This document shows positions 48,160 through 61,200 of a stretch of DNA of 64,000 bases, in pieces. The notes beneath the pieces are model-generated. The model did no database searches. It was given only the letters and a program-made list of their open reading frames with translations, and was not told where the DNA came from. A program made the translations under genes and the position numbers. Source of the stretch: Mytilus edulis (taxonomy: Eukaryota); assembly GCF_963676685.1 (NCBI RefSeq), contig NC_092356.1, positions 30,194,001 through 30,258,000 of the forward strand, in the 5' to 3' direction. The stretch's first letter is position 1, and every line of letters begins with the position of its first letter.

Positions 48160-48560
48160 TTAAGAAGTTTAATTATTGTGCATCACTACTGGAAACTTGG
48201 TTTTGAATTCAAATGAAGCAGAATTCATACAAATTTTTCTCAAAGACAAAACGAAATATTTTGAAACGTTCTTTAATTTCTTTTTAGATATATTGATGTA
48301 TTGATAATGTCCTCTCACAAAATAACCAACACTTCAGTGCGTGCTCTAATCTCACATAACCTTGTGCACTTGATATTGAAGATACTACCGACAGTTGAAG
48401 GCCTAGTTCATATCTTGATTTTTTTCTAGATATTAACAAAGATAGTTGACATCAAATTACAATCTTTATAATTGGTGATGATTTCAACTTTTAAATTTGC
48501 AATTACCAATTCCTCAAAACATATCATCTGCATATCATATTGAATCCACATATCTCAATT
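48160..48560 (+). mobile_element. Degenerate Penelope-like RT fragment
   Basis: EAEFIQ..YIDNVLSQNNQHF..LDIEDTTDS..SYLDFFLDI..DDFNF. Confidence 0.65.
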
Positions 48561-49024
48561 GAAATTTCACGCTCAAATAATTATGTGCTCTTAATATTGT
48601 ATATCTTATAACTGCTTCAGCTAAGCTAAGAAATCGACACAACATACATAATACTATCATTATCAGATGGTTAAATACCAGAATAGATTGGGGACATGCG
48701 GACTGCCAACAAACATGAGGTATATTAAATAAGCCACACATGTTGTTGTGCAACATGCCATCAACGGACCATTCAAAAAAGTGTTGCAAGGGTTGTTATG
48801 TTAAAAGAGTTTGCACTCTCTCTGCACAAGGCATGGGATTTAACGTCGCCACTCTTGTACTTATATATCCCGCACAGACAGAGTGCTGTATTTTATTATG
48901 ACACAATGGTTTTGCTGTGATACGTATCTGCAATAAAACAGTTAATATACTAATATATCCAGAAAATGATTTGTGACAAAAAGCATGAGAAAAATATCAA
49001 TTTATCCTACAAGCACACCCGACT

Positions 49025-50110
49025 TATTAGGTCTTTCCACTTTTCAGTGGAAAGACCTATTGGTTTTCTTCTGATTATTTTTTTTTCTTCCGCCTAACTT
49101 TCTTTCCTTCGCTAACTTTTTGTTTCACAAGATGTCACTTAGATATTTTGTATATGATATCTAAGAGTTAATACGCTGTTGAAACTGACACCGCGTAACA
49201 AAAATCTTTTCCATGTAAGAGTTATCTCCCCGAACACTGTTTTTCTTGTTATCACTTATATGTCGCAACCGTATAAGAAACCGACAAATTTATTTTACCA
49301 CATTGCTCGTTATATCCTCAGAATGAAATGAATACTTTTAGTCGAAGCTATCCGGAGACTCCATATGAGAGTTATCCCCCTTTTTGTATATGATATAACT
49401 GATTTGCATTTCTAACTGGTAAACGATAAGTGATATAGTCCTAGGGTCTTTTGATTTGAGGTCCTTGGTTAAAAAAAAATGAAAATGAGGTCAAGGTCAT
49501 GTTCAAAATTTTGACTTTGGCTTGTTATCGCTCATTTTCAGAAATCTTATAAGATATCGACAAAATATTTTCACACAATTGTTAGTCGCGACATGTAGTT
49601 ACACATAAATTTTAGTCAAAAGGGTACGTAAACATTTGATGTTAGTTTTCCCCCCTTTTATATCTAATATCAGTCGTATGGTAATATAACTAATTAACAA
49701 TGTAAAGTAAAGACCTAGAGTCTTTTGATTTGAGGTCCTTGGTTTATGACCTTGAAATTGAGCTCAAGGTCATATGTTAATTTAACATTCAAGATTTTGA
49801 CCTTTGCTTTTATCTCATATGTATTCATGTTAAAGCTATTAGACTTTTTGCATTAGGTTGCAAGCAATATGACGTTGAAAAAGCTAACCGGAAGTGACCT
49901 TTTGCAAACCGGAAGTAGGTAATTTTTGTAATAAATTATTGTAAAAGTATGTAAAACCATATATTTTTGGTATCAGCGTCAAGTAATCTATGAGACAGTA
50001 CCGGAAGTAACATATTTTGAACCGGAAGTAGAAAATTATCTCCCTTATTTATATCTTTTTGTATATAAACCTTATATTTTTGGAATCAGCGTACAATAAG
50101 TTGTCATTTG
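49025..50110 (+). mobile_element. Helentron/HINE-like non-autonomous element, 3'-truncated
   Basis: 5' stem-loop TAGGTCTTTCCAC-TTTTCA-GTGGAAAGACCTA, internal diverged repeats, and GGTCAAGGTCA and ACCGGAAGT motifs. Confidence 0.5.
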
Positions 50111-51096
50111 ACGTTAAATTGACATTTAAAACCAAATTTTAATATTTTCATATAAAAAAAATCATTACTGATTTTATATTAAACATGTCTTATATTTTAT
50201 CTCATTTACACAATTTAATTGAAAGCACGTCGGCAATGTAATTAGATGAAGTATAACTGCCAATTATGAATCTGTGAAATTTATTTTAAGTTACTAAAAA
50301 TAGAATAAATCCTTATTTGATGTGATACATTTACACCAGTGATGGTTGTAACAGAAGAATATAGAGTTTGATTTCTAACTAACATCACTAAGATTAAGTT
50401 TATTTACAGTTATATACAGTTATTCAAGTGCTGTACACTTATGATGGTTATTGTTGGATTGTTTTATTTCAATACCCACGAACTGTTTTTTTTTCTCAGG
50501 CAAACAAGTGTACGATCCTTGTATGAGGACTTTTTCTGTTTTTTTTCAATTTTTTATGAATTTCACTATCAATAATTAATAGTAAAGTTACTGAAATCTA
50601 CGAATATATCTATCATGATATATGAATTATATAATTATGGACAATATTTCTGCTGACGTGAATGTTTCAGATATTATACATATTAACTGGCATCATTGTA
50701 ATTATGAAATTAAGTACATGTTCTGATTATAAGAACTATACAAAACTGCTACTAATAAATTGTGAAAAAGTTTCAGTATACCTCAAATGATGAGTGAATG
50801 CATAATCCTACACAAATGTTACGCATTCACAATTATCTATTAAGCAAAGAATTAAAAACTTAAATTAAGATGGCAACTAGTGTACTATCCTCTATCGACT
50901 TGTGTGTGGCGAGTGCAAGCACGTATTTTAAATTCTGCAACATATTGACATGTTAATTCTTTATATAATTAATAAAAAAAAAACTCGGATACGTACTTGA
51001 CGCCTGAACACGAACAGTCTTTAAGGACATACACCACTAATTCATGGCCCTATTGCTTTCTTTGTTAAATTTCTCCATTTCAAACAGGCACACCTC

Positions 51097-51432
51097 TTTT
51101 GCCACTGCTGGTGGACGTTTCGTCTCCGAGTGTACCAACAGCCCAGTAGTCAACACTTCTGTGTTGACATGAATATCAATAATGTGGTCATTTTTATAAA
51201 TTTTCTGTTTACAAAACTTTGAATTTTCCAAAAACTAAGGATATTCTTATCCCAGGTAAAATTACCTTAGCCGTATTTGGCACAACTTTTTGGAATTTTG
51301 GATCCTCAATGCTCTTCAACTTTGTACTTGTTTTGGTTTTATAAAGATTTTGATTTGAGCGTCACTGATGACACTTATGTAGACGAAACGCGCGTCTGGC
51401 GTAATAAATTATTATCCTGGTACCTTTGATAA
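51097..51432 (+). mobile_element. Retrozyme-like repeat present only in duplication copy 2
   Basis: Empty site at ~20690 (CACACCTCATTTGTTTTAAG); hammerhead core at 51359-51402 intact but stem II mutated (GTC>CAC). Confidence 0.8.
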
Positions 51433-52352
51433 CCATTGTATTAAGTTCAAATAATGTGACAATCATTGCATGTCATAGCAACACTTTATGGTGGCTTGTA
51501 CTGAAAAAATCAACATACCTTAAGAGAGAACTGGTTCCCGGAACTTTGGATGTACCAAAAACAGGTACTTCAGATCTGACAAATAGACAAAATGTACCAT
51601 CTTTTTAAAATTTGGTGCAGTTTTTTAATATTCAAAATTATAAGTCAAAAAGTGTTCAACAATGATCACCAGTCCTTCATCTTAAAAAAAAAATTGAAAG
51701 TTACAATCATGAGTAGGAACTATTTTGTGTTAAATATGCACTACTTTCTGGTATGTGCTTTCTAGCCGGGCCAAAACTAGTGGTGTTACACCTTAAAATT
51801 GACCCCGGAAGCATACATATGACGTCACATTGTTTAGTTGACATAGACAATACCATCAGTCAGGATTTTTCGTTTTTATGAAATTTTATAAAGAATTCAG
51901 GACTGAAATGGACTTATGTTTTAGTTTTGCATTAGCGTAGATATAACTGTATTATATTTTGCAGCTTGGCCGACAAAAAAAAAAGTTTTACCGTCGTAAA
52001 TATCCGTTTACTAGGTTTGCTACGCGTTTAAATTTGAGACAGTCTTCAAATACATCAAAATTATCTCGAGCTCTTGATTAATAAAAACTGAACTTGTTAA
52101 GGGATATTTTATGTTTCTTATTCAACTCAATAGCGAGATGGTGTCAATATCTTCAAACAAATGAATATTGGTAGATCTGAAATGTTTCAATGTTATCCTA
52201 TTCACGATTGTTTTCCTTTGACTAAGTTTAGAAAAGTATTGGTGATGTATGCATAATACTGCTTCAAATTGTTGTTCTCTTTTCTATGAGTAGTCGTCAC
52301 GTTGAAAGTCATACCACGTATCCTTATTGTTTTATATGTTCTATGATGATTG

Positions 52353-52695
52353 CATTTACAACCACTGAGCAGATGCCACTGCTGGTGGAGTTTTTATTCC
52401 GCGAGGGTATCACAAGCACAGTAGTCAGCATTTCTGTGTTGACATGAACTATTATAGATATGGTCATAACTTTGAATTTTTGAAATACTAAGACTTTTCT
52501 ACCTTCGGAATAGATTACCTAAGCTGTATTTGGCTATATGGTCCTCAATGCTCTTCAACGTCGTACTTTATTTTGCCTTTTTTTACAGGTTTTTTTTCAT
52601 TTGAGCGTCACTGATGAGTCTTGTGTAGACGAACGCGCGTTTGGCGAAAATCCAAAATTTCAATCCTGGTATCTCGGCCTTTGGTTATTTTACTT
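52353..52695 (+). mobile_element. Retrozyme-like repeat with mutated hammerhead (GAA instead of GAAA; GUU at the cleavage site)
   Basis: GCGTCACTGATGAGTCTTGTGTAGACGAACGCGCGTTTGGCG. Confidence 0.75.
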
Positions 52696-53324
52696 ATTGC
52701 ATAGCATGTCTGACATCCAACAATGCTATTTCCAAATATCTTCTTAGAATCAGAACTTATAGTATTACCATTTTAAAATGTATGTACATAAGGAAATGTC
52801 ACTCATACCCATTTCACGTGAATTTTATAATTTGATTAAAATCATAAAAATACCATTTTTGTTGGTCAATTTTACGTGAACTTCATGTGTATCTTAATAC
52901 ATGGGAAATTCACATGAAAATCTGTACGTGAGTTTCATGAATAAGCTCGTGTGAGATGAACCTACGTACATGTGTAATACAATTTAAGACTCGAGTAATA
53001 TTTCAAATAATGATTCAATATCATTGTGTTTCAATTTCCTTGTAATTATATTTATACAAGTGTTTAACAATTTTAAAGTGACTACCCATCTTTGTTTAAA
53101 TAAAACCACAATCGGAGAAAATCAATATTAGTATTGAAAAGGTTTGCATTAGGCAGCTTTCTCTATTTGTTTCAGCTTATGTAAACGCCTCCTTTAAATC
53201 AGGCAAGAACTATAGTGGAACAACCCGTATTTTTTCAGCAGGCCAGATGAAAAAAGATCACATACATGTGCGTGCGACCAGTCTCGATCCTTCAAATGAT
53301 AACCTCATTGTTCTTTTTATATCT

Positions 53325-56300
53325 TACTACTGATGTAGTATCGTGATGTCGCATTGCTTGTTGATCTAATTGCTGATGTAGTATCGTGATGTCGCACTGT
53401 ATGTTGATCTTATTGCTGATGTAATATCGTGATGGAGCATTGCTTGTTGATCTTATTACTGATGTAATATCGTGATGTCTCACTGTATGTTGATCTTATT
53501 GCTGATGTAATATCGTGATGTAGCATTGCTTGTTGATCTTATTACTGATGTAATATCGTGATGTAGCATTGCTTGTTGATCTTATTGCTGATGTAATATC
53601 GTGACGTAACATTGCTGGTTGACCTTATTGCTGATGTAATATCGTGATGTCGCATTGTTTGTTGATCTTATTGCTCGTGTAATATCGTAATGTAGCATTG
53701 CTTGTTGATCTTATTACTGATGTAATATCGTGATGTAACATTGCTTGTTGATCTTATGAATGATGTAATATCGTGATGTAACATTGCTTGTTGATCTTAT
53801 TGCTGATGTAATATCGTGATGTCGCATTGTTTGTTTATCTTCTTGCTGATGTAATATCTTGATGTCGCATTGCTTGTTGATCTTATTGCTGATGTAATAC
53901 CGTGATGTTGCATTGTTTGTTTATCTTATTGCTGATGTAATATCGTGATGTAACATTGCTTGTTGGTCTTATTGCTGATGTAATATCGTGATGTCGCATT
54001 GCTTGTTGATCTTATTACTGATGTAATATCGTGATGTCGCACTGTATGTTGATCTTATTGCTGATGTAGTATCGTCATGTAACATTGCTTGTTGATCTTA
54101 TTACTGATGTAATATCGTGATGTAGCATTGCTTGTTGATCTTATTACTGATGTAATATCGTGATGTAACATTGCTTGTTGATCTTATTGCTGATGTCATA
54201 TCGTGATGTAACATTGCTTGTTGATCTTATTGCTGATGTCATATCGTGATGTCGCATTGTTTGTTTATCTTCTTGCTGATGTAATATCTTGATGTCGCAT
54301 TGCTTGTTGATCTTATTGCTGATGTAATACCGTGATGTCGCATTGTTTGTTTATCTTATTGCTGATGTAATATCGTGATGTAACATTGCTTGTTGGTCTT
54401 ATTGCTGATGTAATATCGTGATGTCGCATTGCTTGTTGATCTTATTGCTGATGTAATATCGTGATGTAACATTGCTTGTTGATCTGATTAATGATGTAAT
54501 ATCGTGATGTAACATTGCTTGTTGATCTTATTGCTGATGTAATATCGTGATGTAACATTGCTTGTTGATCTTATTGCTGATGTAATATCGTAATGTAGCA
54601 TTGCTTGTTGATCTTATTAATGATGTAATATTGTGATGTAGCATTGCTTTTTTATCTTATTGCTGATGTAATATCGTGACGTAACATTGCTTGTTGACCT
54701 TATTGCTGATGTAATATCGTAATGTAGCATTGCTTGTTGATCTTATTGCTGATGTAATATCGTGATGTAACATTGCTTGTTGATCTTATGAATGATGTAA
54801 TATCGTGAGATAGCATTGCTTGTTGATCTTATTGCTGATGTAATATCGTGATGTAACATTGCTTGTTGATCTTATTGCTGATGTAATATCGTAATGCAAC
54901 ATTGCTTGTTGATCCTATTGCTGATGTAATATCGTGATGTAGCATTGCTTGTTGATCTTATTACTGATGTAATATCGTGATGTAGCATTGCTTGTTGATC
55001 TTATTGCTGATGTAATATGGTAATGTAACATTGCTTGTGGATCTTATTGTTGATGTAATATCGTTAGATAGCATTGCTTGTTGATCTTATTGCTGATGTA
55101 ATATCGTGAGATAGCATTGCTTGTTGATCTTTTTGCTGATGTAATATCGTGATGTAGCATTGCTTGTTGATCTTATTGCTGATGTAATATCGTAATGTAG
55201 CATTGCTTGTTGATCTTATTGCTGATGTAATATCGTGATGTAGCATTGCTTGTTGATCTTATTGCTGATGTAATATCGTAATTTAGCATTGCTTGTTGAT
55301 CTTATTGCTGATGTAATATCGTGATGTAACATTGCTTGTTGACCTTATTACTGATGTAATATCGTGATGTAACATTGCTTGTTGATCTTATTGCTGATGT
55401 AATATCGTGATGTAACATTGCTTGTTGATCTTATTAATGATGTAATATCGTAATGTAACATTGCTTGTTGATCTTATTGCTGATGTAATATCGTGACGTA
55501 ACATTGCTGGTTGACCTTATTGCTGATGTAATATCGTAATGCAACATTGCTTGTTGATCTTATTGCTGATGTAATATCGTGAAGTAGCATTGCTGGTTGA
55601 TCTTATTATTGATGTAATATCGTGATGTAACATTGCTTGTTGATCTTATTGCTGATGTAATATCGTGAAGTAGCATTGCTTGTTGATCTTATTGCTGATG
55701 TCATATCGTGATGTAACATTGCTTGTTGATCTTCTTGCTGATGTAATATCGTGATGTAGCATTGCTTGTTGATCTTATTGCTGATGTAATATCGTGATGT
55801 AACATTGCTTGTTGATCTTCTTGCTGATGTAATATCGTGATGTAGCATTGCTTGTTGATCTTATTGCTGATGTCATATCGTGATGTAACATTGCTTGTTG
55901 ATCTTCTTGCTGATGTAATATCGTGATGTAGCATTGCTTGTTGATCTTATTGCTGATGTAATATCGTGATGTAACATTGCTTGTTGATCTTATTGCTGAT
56001 GTAATATCGTGATGTAACATTGCTTGTTGATCTTATTGCTGATGTAATATCGTGATGTCGCACTGTATGTTGATCTTATTGCTGATGTAATATCGTGATG
56101 TAGCATTGCTTGTTGATCTTATTGCTGATGTTATATCGTGATGTCGCACTGTATGTTGATCTTATTGCTGATGTAATATCGTGATGTAGCATTGCTTGTT
56201 GATCTTATTACTGATGTAATATCGTGATGTAACATTGCTTGTTGATCTTATTGCTGATGTAATATCGTGATGTAACATTGCTTGTTGATCTTATTGCTGA

Positions 56301-57283
56301 TGTAATATCGTGACGTAACATTGCTGGTTGACCTTATTGCTGATGTAATATCGTAATGCAACATTGCTTGTTGACCTTATTGCTGATGTAATATCGTAAT
56401 GCAACATTGCCTGTTGATCCTATTGCTGATGTAATATCGTGAAGTAGCATTGCTTGTTGATCTTATAATTGATGTAATATCGTGATGTAACATTGCTTGT
56501 TGATCTTATTGCTGATGTCATATCGTCATGTAACATTGCTTGTTGATCTTCTTGCTGATGTATTATCGTGACGTAACATTGCTTGTTGACCTTATTGCTG
56601 ATGTAATATCGTGCTGCTGCATTGCTTGTTGATCTTATTGCTGATGTAATATCGTAATGTAGTATTGCTTGTTAATCTTATTGCTGATGTAATATCGTGA
56701 TGTCGCATTGCTTGTTTATCATATTGCTGATGTAATATCGTGATGTAACATTGCTTGTTGATCTTATTGCTGATGTAATATCATGATGTAACATTGCTTG
56801 TGGATCTTATTGTTGATGTAATATCGTAATGTAGCATTGTTTGTTGATCGAATTGCTGCTGTAATATCGTGATGTCGCATTGCTTGTTGATCCTATTGCT
56901 GATGTAATATCGTGATGTCGCATTGCTTGTTGATCTTATTGCTGATGTAATATCGTAATGTAGCATTGTTTGTTGATCGAATTGCTGCTGTAATATCGTG
57001 ATGTCGCATTGCTTGTTGATCCTATTGCTGATGTAATATCGTGATGTAGCATTGCTTGTTGACCTTATTGCTGCTGTAATATCGTGATGTAACATTGCTT
57101 GTTGATCTTATTGCTGATGTCATATCGTGATGTCGCACTGTATGTTGATCTTATTGCTGATGTAATATTGTGATGTAGCATTGCTTTTTTATCTTATTGC
57201 TGATGTAATATCGTGACGTAACATTGCTTGTTGATCTTATTGCTGATGTAGTATCGTCATGTTACATTGCTTGTTGGTCTTAT
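53325..57283. repeat. 43-bp tandem array (~92 units)
   Basis: Same unit as 22725-24603. Confidence 0.95.
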
Positions 57284-57537
57284 TTGATCGTCATTTGAGT
57301 ACAATTTGGATTTCGTTTACCGCTAGCAAGTTTCAGTTAAAGTTTTGATTTTTCCATTTGATTATGAACTTTCCATTTGAAATTTTTCTCAGAGTTCGCT
57401 ATTTTAGTTATTTTACTTTTTTCGATACTCAGCAGACAATACGATGTTGATGGTAAACCCCACTCTATGGAGTGGTTAAACTGTCGTAAATTAACTTAAA
57501 CACAGAAACATTGTATAGATCTACCAATTCGTAATGT

Positions 57538-58143
57538 TGTTACGGCCAGAAATCGCCTTTAAATTGTAGCCAACAAAAGACACAAATCAATAATAAAATT
57601 TAACAATATTTATTATACAAAAGTTTACAAGAAGTATTTTACAAATATTACTGATAACTTAACTGTCAAAATATGAGTCCACTCTTTTATCTTTATCTGT
57701 ATCCGGAAATCTTTCGGAATCCAATCTGAATATTACGTTCACTACTAAGGTCACAATCCAGTATGATGTTGTTTGTAGAATAAAAGTGTCAATCCAAATG
57801 CTGTGAATACTAATGTCTATCAATGTCTATGTCCAAGTTTTAATTATGAGAGTTTAACTTTAGTGTCTGTATATATAATGTTATCAATGGAAAATTCTAG
57901 AACACTCTATAATGGAACATTGTGGAAAATCCTGGAAAGTTACAACGGAAGTTTCTGGAATAACGTAGAAGTTTAAATTACGCATCTTTTATAAGGATCA
58001 TTCTAGAAAGTTCCAATCATTCTGTGATTGTTCCAGTGATTCCTAAACTGCACAATTATAAGATTATTTGGTAAACAACTATCAGGCCATACAACACAAA
58101 TTAGGCCAACATAAATAAACATAATAATTACAATATCATAACA
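57538..58143 (-). repeat. 3' LTR (606 bp)
   Basis: Matches 63052-63657; preceded on the minus strand by the PPT AAGGGGGGAGG (58144-58154). Confidence 0.95.
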
Positions 58144-58227
58144 CCTCCCCCCTTAAAAGAAGTTTTAGTGTAACAAAAACTTATCATGAATAATATGAAC
58201 AAAAATACATAATATATACAAAGTGAT

Positions 58228-61200
58228 TTAATAAGCTCTATATAAAGCATCAGCTATTACATTATCTTTACCCTTAATATGTTTTACAATTACATCATAT
58301 TCCTGTAACAATAAACTCCACCTAGTCAACCTCTGATTCTTGTTTCTCATTTTATGCATGAAGGTGAGAGGATTATGATCAGTATAAACAAGAATAGGAT
58401 ATACAGTGGGATTCAAATATACATCAAAATGTTGAAGTGCTGACAACATTGCAAAACACTCTTTTTCAATAGTTGAATAATTTTTCTGATGTTTATCTAA
58501 TTTCTTAGAAAAATATGATATAGGTTTTTCAACATTATCATCTGTCTCTTGATATAAAACAGCTCCTATTCCTACATCGCTTGCATCAACAGCAAGTTTA
58601 AATTGTTTTTCAAAGTCTGGAGTAATCAGAACTGGACTATTAATTAAAAGTGATTTGCTATTTTCAAAAGCTTTTTGACAATTTTCACTCCAGATAAATT
58701 TAGAATCTTTCCGTAAAAGATGAGTCAATGGTTGAACAACAGTAGCAAAATTTGAACAAAATTTTCTGTAAAATCCAATCATGCCTAAATATCTCATAAG
58801 TTGTTTTCTATTAGTAGGAGGAGGAAATTTGGAAATAGCTTCCACTTTAGCCATAATAGGTTTCACTTGACCTTGGCCAACTGTATGCCCTAAATATTCA
58901 ACAGTGGCCTGACAAAATTCACTTTTACCAAGATTAACAGTCAAATTTGATTTTGACAATCTATCAAAAGTATCATATAAATGTGTTAAATGCTGTTCCC
59001 AGCTATCACTACATACAATAAGATCATCAATATAAGCATAACAACAGTCTAAATCTTTTATAACATTATTGATCATTCTTTGAAATGTAGCTGGAGCACT
59101 TTTCATGCCAAATGGCATTACAGTATATTGAAATAAGCCATCTGGTGTAACAAAAGCTGATATTTCACGAGCTCTCTGTGTCAATGGAACTTGCCAATAA
59201 CCTTTCAATAAATCAAATTTGCTCACAAATTTTGCTTGACCAATATTGTCAATACAATCGTCTATCCTTGGAATCGGATAGGAATCAGATTTTGAGACTG
59301 AATTTACTTTTCTGAAATCAGTCACGAAACGAAAGGTTTTATCTGGTTTTGGCACAAGGAGACAAGGAGAGCTCCATTCACTGTTACTCGGCTCAATAAT
59401 ATCATTGTCAAGCATATATTTAATTTCTTTTCTCATAGCTTCAAGTTTGAGTGGATTTAGCCGATAAGGATGTTGCTTAATTGGAGAAGCATCTCCTACA
59501 TCAACATCATGACAAACAGCAGTGGTTTTGTTTGGCACATCTGGAAAAAGATTTTTAAAAGAAAATACCAAAGTTTTTATTTCTTCTCTACGATCAAAAG
59601 ACAGATGTGCAAGTTTTGAATCTAAATTTGACAAAATTTCTGAATTTTTCAATCTAACTGTCTCTTCCATAGTTTTACAACTAAAAGTTGGTTCAATTAC
59701 ATCTGGTTTGTCATGATTGTTCTCAAATTTAACCATGCCTAAAGTGGCAACTGGTTTACTATCACATAGTACATTAGTACGCTCAAAATATGGTTTTAAC
59801 ATATTAATATGACACACTCTATTTTGTTTGCGCCGACCTGGAGTTTTTACAATATAATTCAAATCATTAATTTTACTCTCTATTGTATAAGGACCACAAT
59901 ATTTAGCCTGTAAAGGATGTCCAGGGACTGGCAGAAATACAAGTACCTTATCACCAGGCTCAAAAACTCTATCCCTGGCATCTTTATCATACCAAATTTT
60001 CATCTTGTTCTGTACATTTTTTAAGTTTTTCTGAGCAATTTGACAAGCAGTATACAATTTTTCTTTAAATCTAGATACATAGTCTAAAAGATTCAAGTCA
60101 GTATGTTCAGTAAGCCACTTTTCCTTAATCAATTTTAACGGTCCCCTTACAGTATGGCCAAATACCAACTCAAAGGGACTAAATCCAAGGGATTCTTGAA
60201 CAGCCTCTCGGACTGCAAAAAGTAGAAAGTGAACTCCATCATCCCAGTCTCTGTCAAATTGAAGACAAAAAGTTCTAATCATGTTCTTCAATGTTTGATG
60301 AAAACGTTCTAAGGCACCTTGAGATTCTGGATGGTACGCACTTGATCTATACTGAGCAATCCCTAACTGGTACACGACTTGCTGGAATAAACCTGACATG
60401 AAATTTGATCCCTGGTCGGACTGTATAGACTTAGGAAGTCCTACTAATGTGAAAAATTTGATCAAAGCTTTGACGATAGTAGGTGTATTGATATTTCTTA
60501 GCGGAATAGCTTCAGGAAAGCGGGTAGATGTACACATGATTGTCAATAAATATGCATTTCCAGTCTTGGTCTTTGGTAAAGGTCCAACACAGTCAATTAG
60601 AACTCTGCTGAAAGGTTCGTCAAAGGCTGGAATAGGCAGAAGTGGTGCTGGTGGTATTTTCTGGTTAGGTTTACCAACAACCTGGCATGTATGACATGAT
60701 TTGCAGTATTCTGCAACATCATTTCTAAGTTTAGGCCAGTAAAAATGCTGCAAGATCTTAAGGCAAGTCTTCCTTATACCTAAGTGTCCAGCCAAGGGGG
60801 TGTCATGGGCAAGACCAATAATTTCTTGTCTATAAACTTTAGGCACCACCACTTGGTACACCACTCTCCATTCCTCCTCTGGGGTAGCATCAGGAGGCCT
60901 CCACTTCCTCATTAAAATGCCGTCCTGATGGTAATAGCATTCGGCCACTTTGTCTGCTTCCTCCTGTGGTTGAGCTCTCTGGCTGAGCTGAAGAACCTCA
61001 GGGTCTTTATGTTGTTCTTCAGATAAATTCTTTCGGTCTAATGAATGGCTGTTTACATCTGGCCATGGCATAATAACATTTTTGTTAACACTAGGTGGTT
61101 TTATAATTGCCTTTTCTGAGTTACCAGGACCTTCAATGTCAGCTATGAAAGTGTCAGAAAGGTCCATGTAATCAAACTTGTCTGTTTGCAAATTCTCATC

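Larger units (their letters stand above)
50190..57285 (+). repeat. Segmental duplication, copy 2 (continues at 63690-64000 after the Gypsy insertion)
   Basis: Collinear with 19820-24860. Confidence 0.9.

Noticed and set aside
17570-48560. An intact Penelope element with GIY-YIG endonuclease
   Set aside because: Only short, broken RT fragments are visible; no endonuclease domain was found.
22720-57095. ORFs such as MLHHDITSAIRSTS.. in the 43-bp arrays and the ORFs in the 168-bp repeat
   Set aside because: They are translations of tandem repeats, frequently interrupted by stops, with no splice or domain support.
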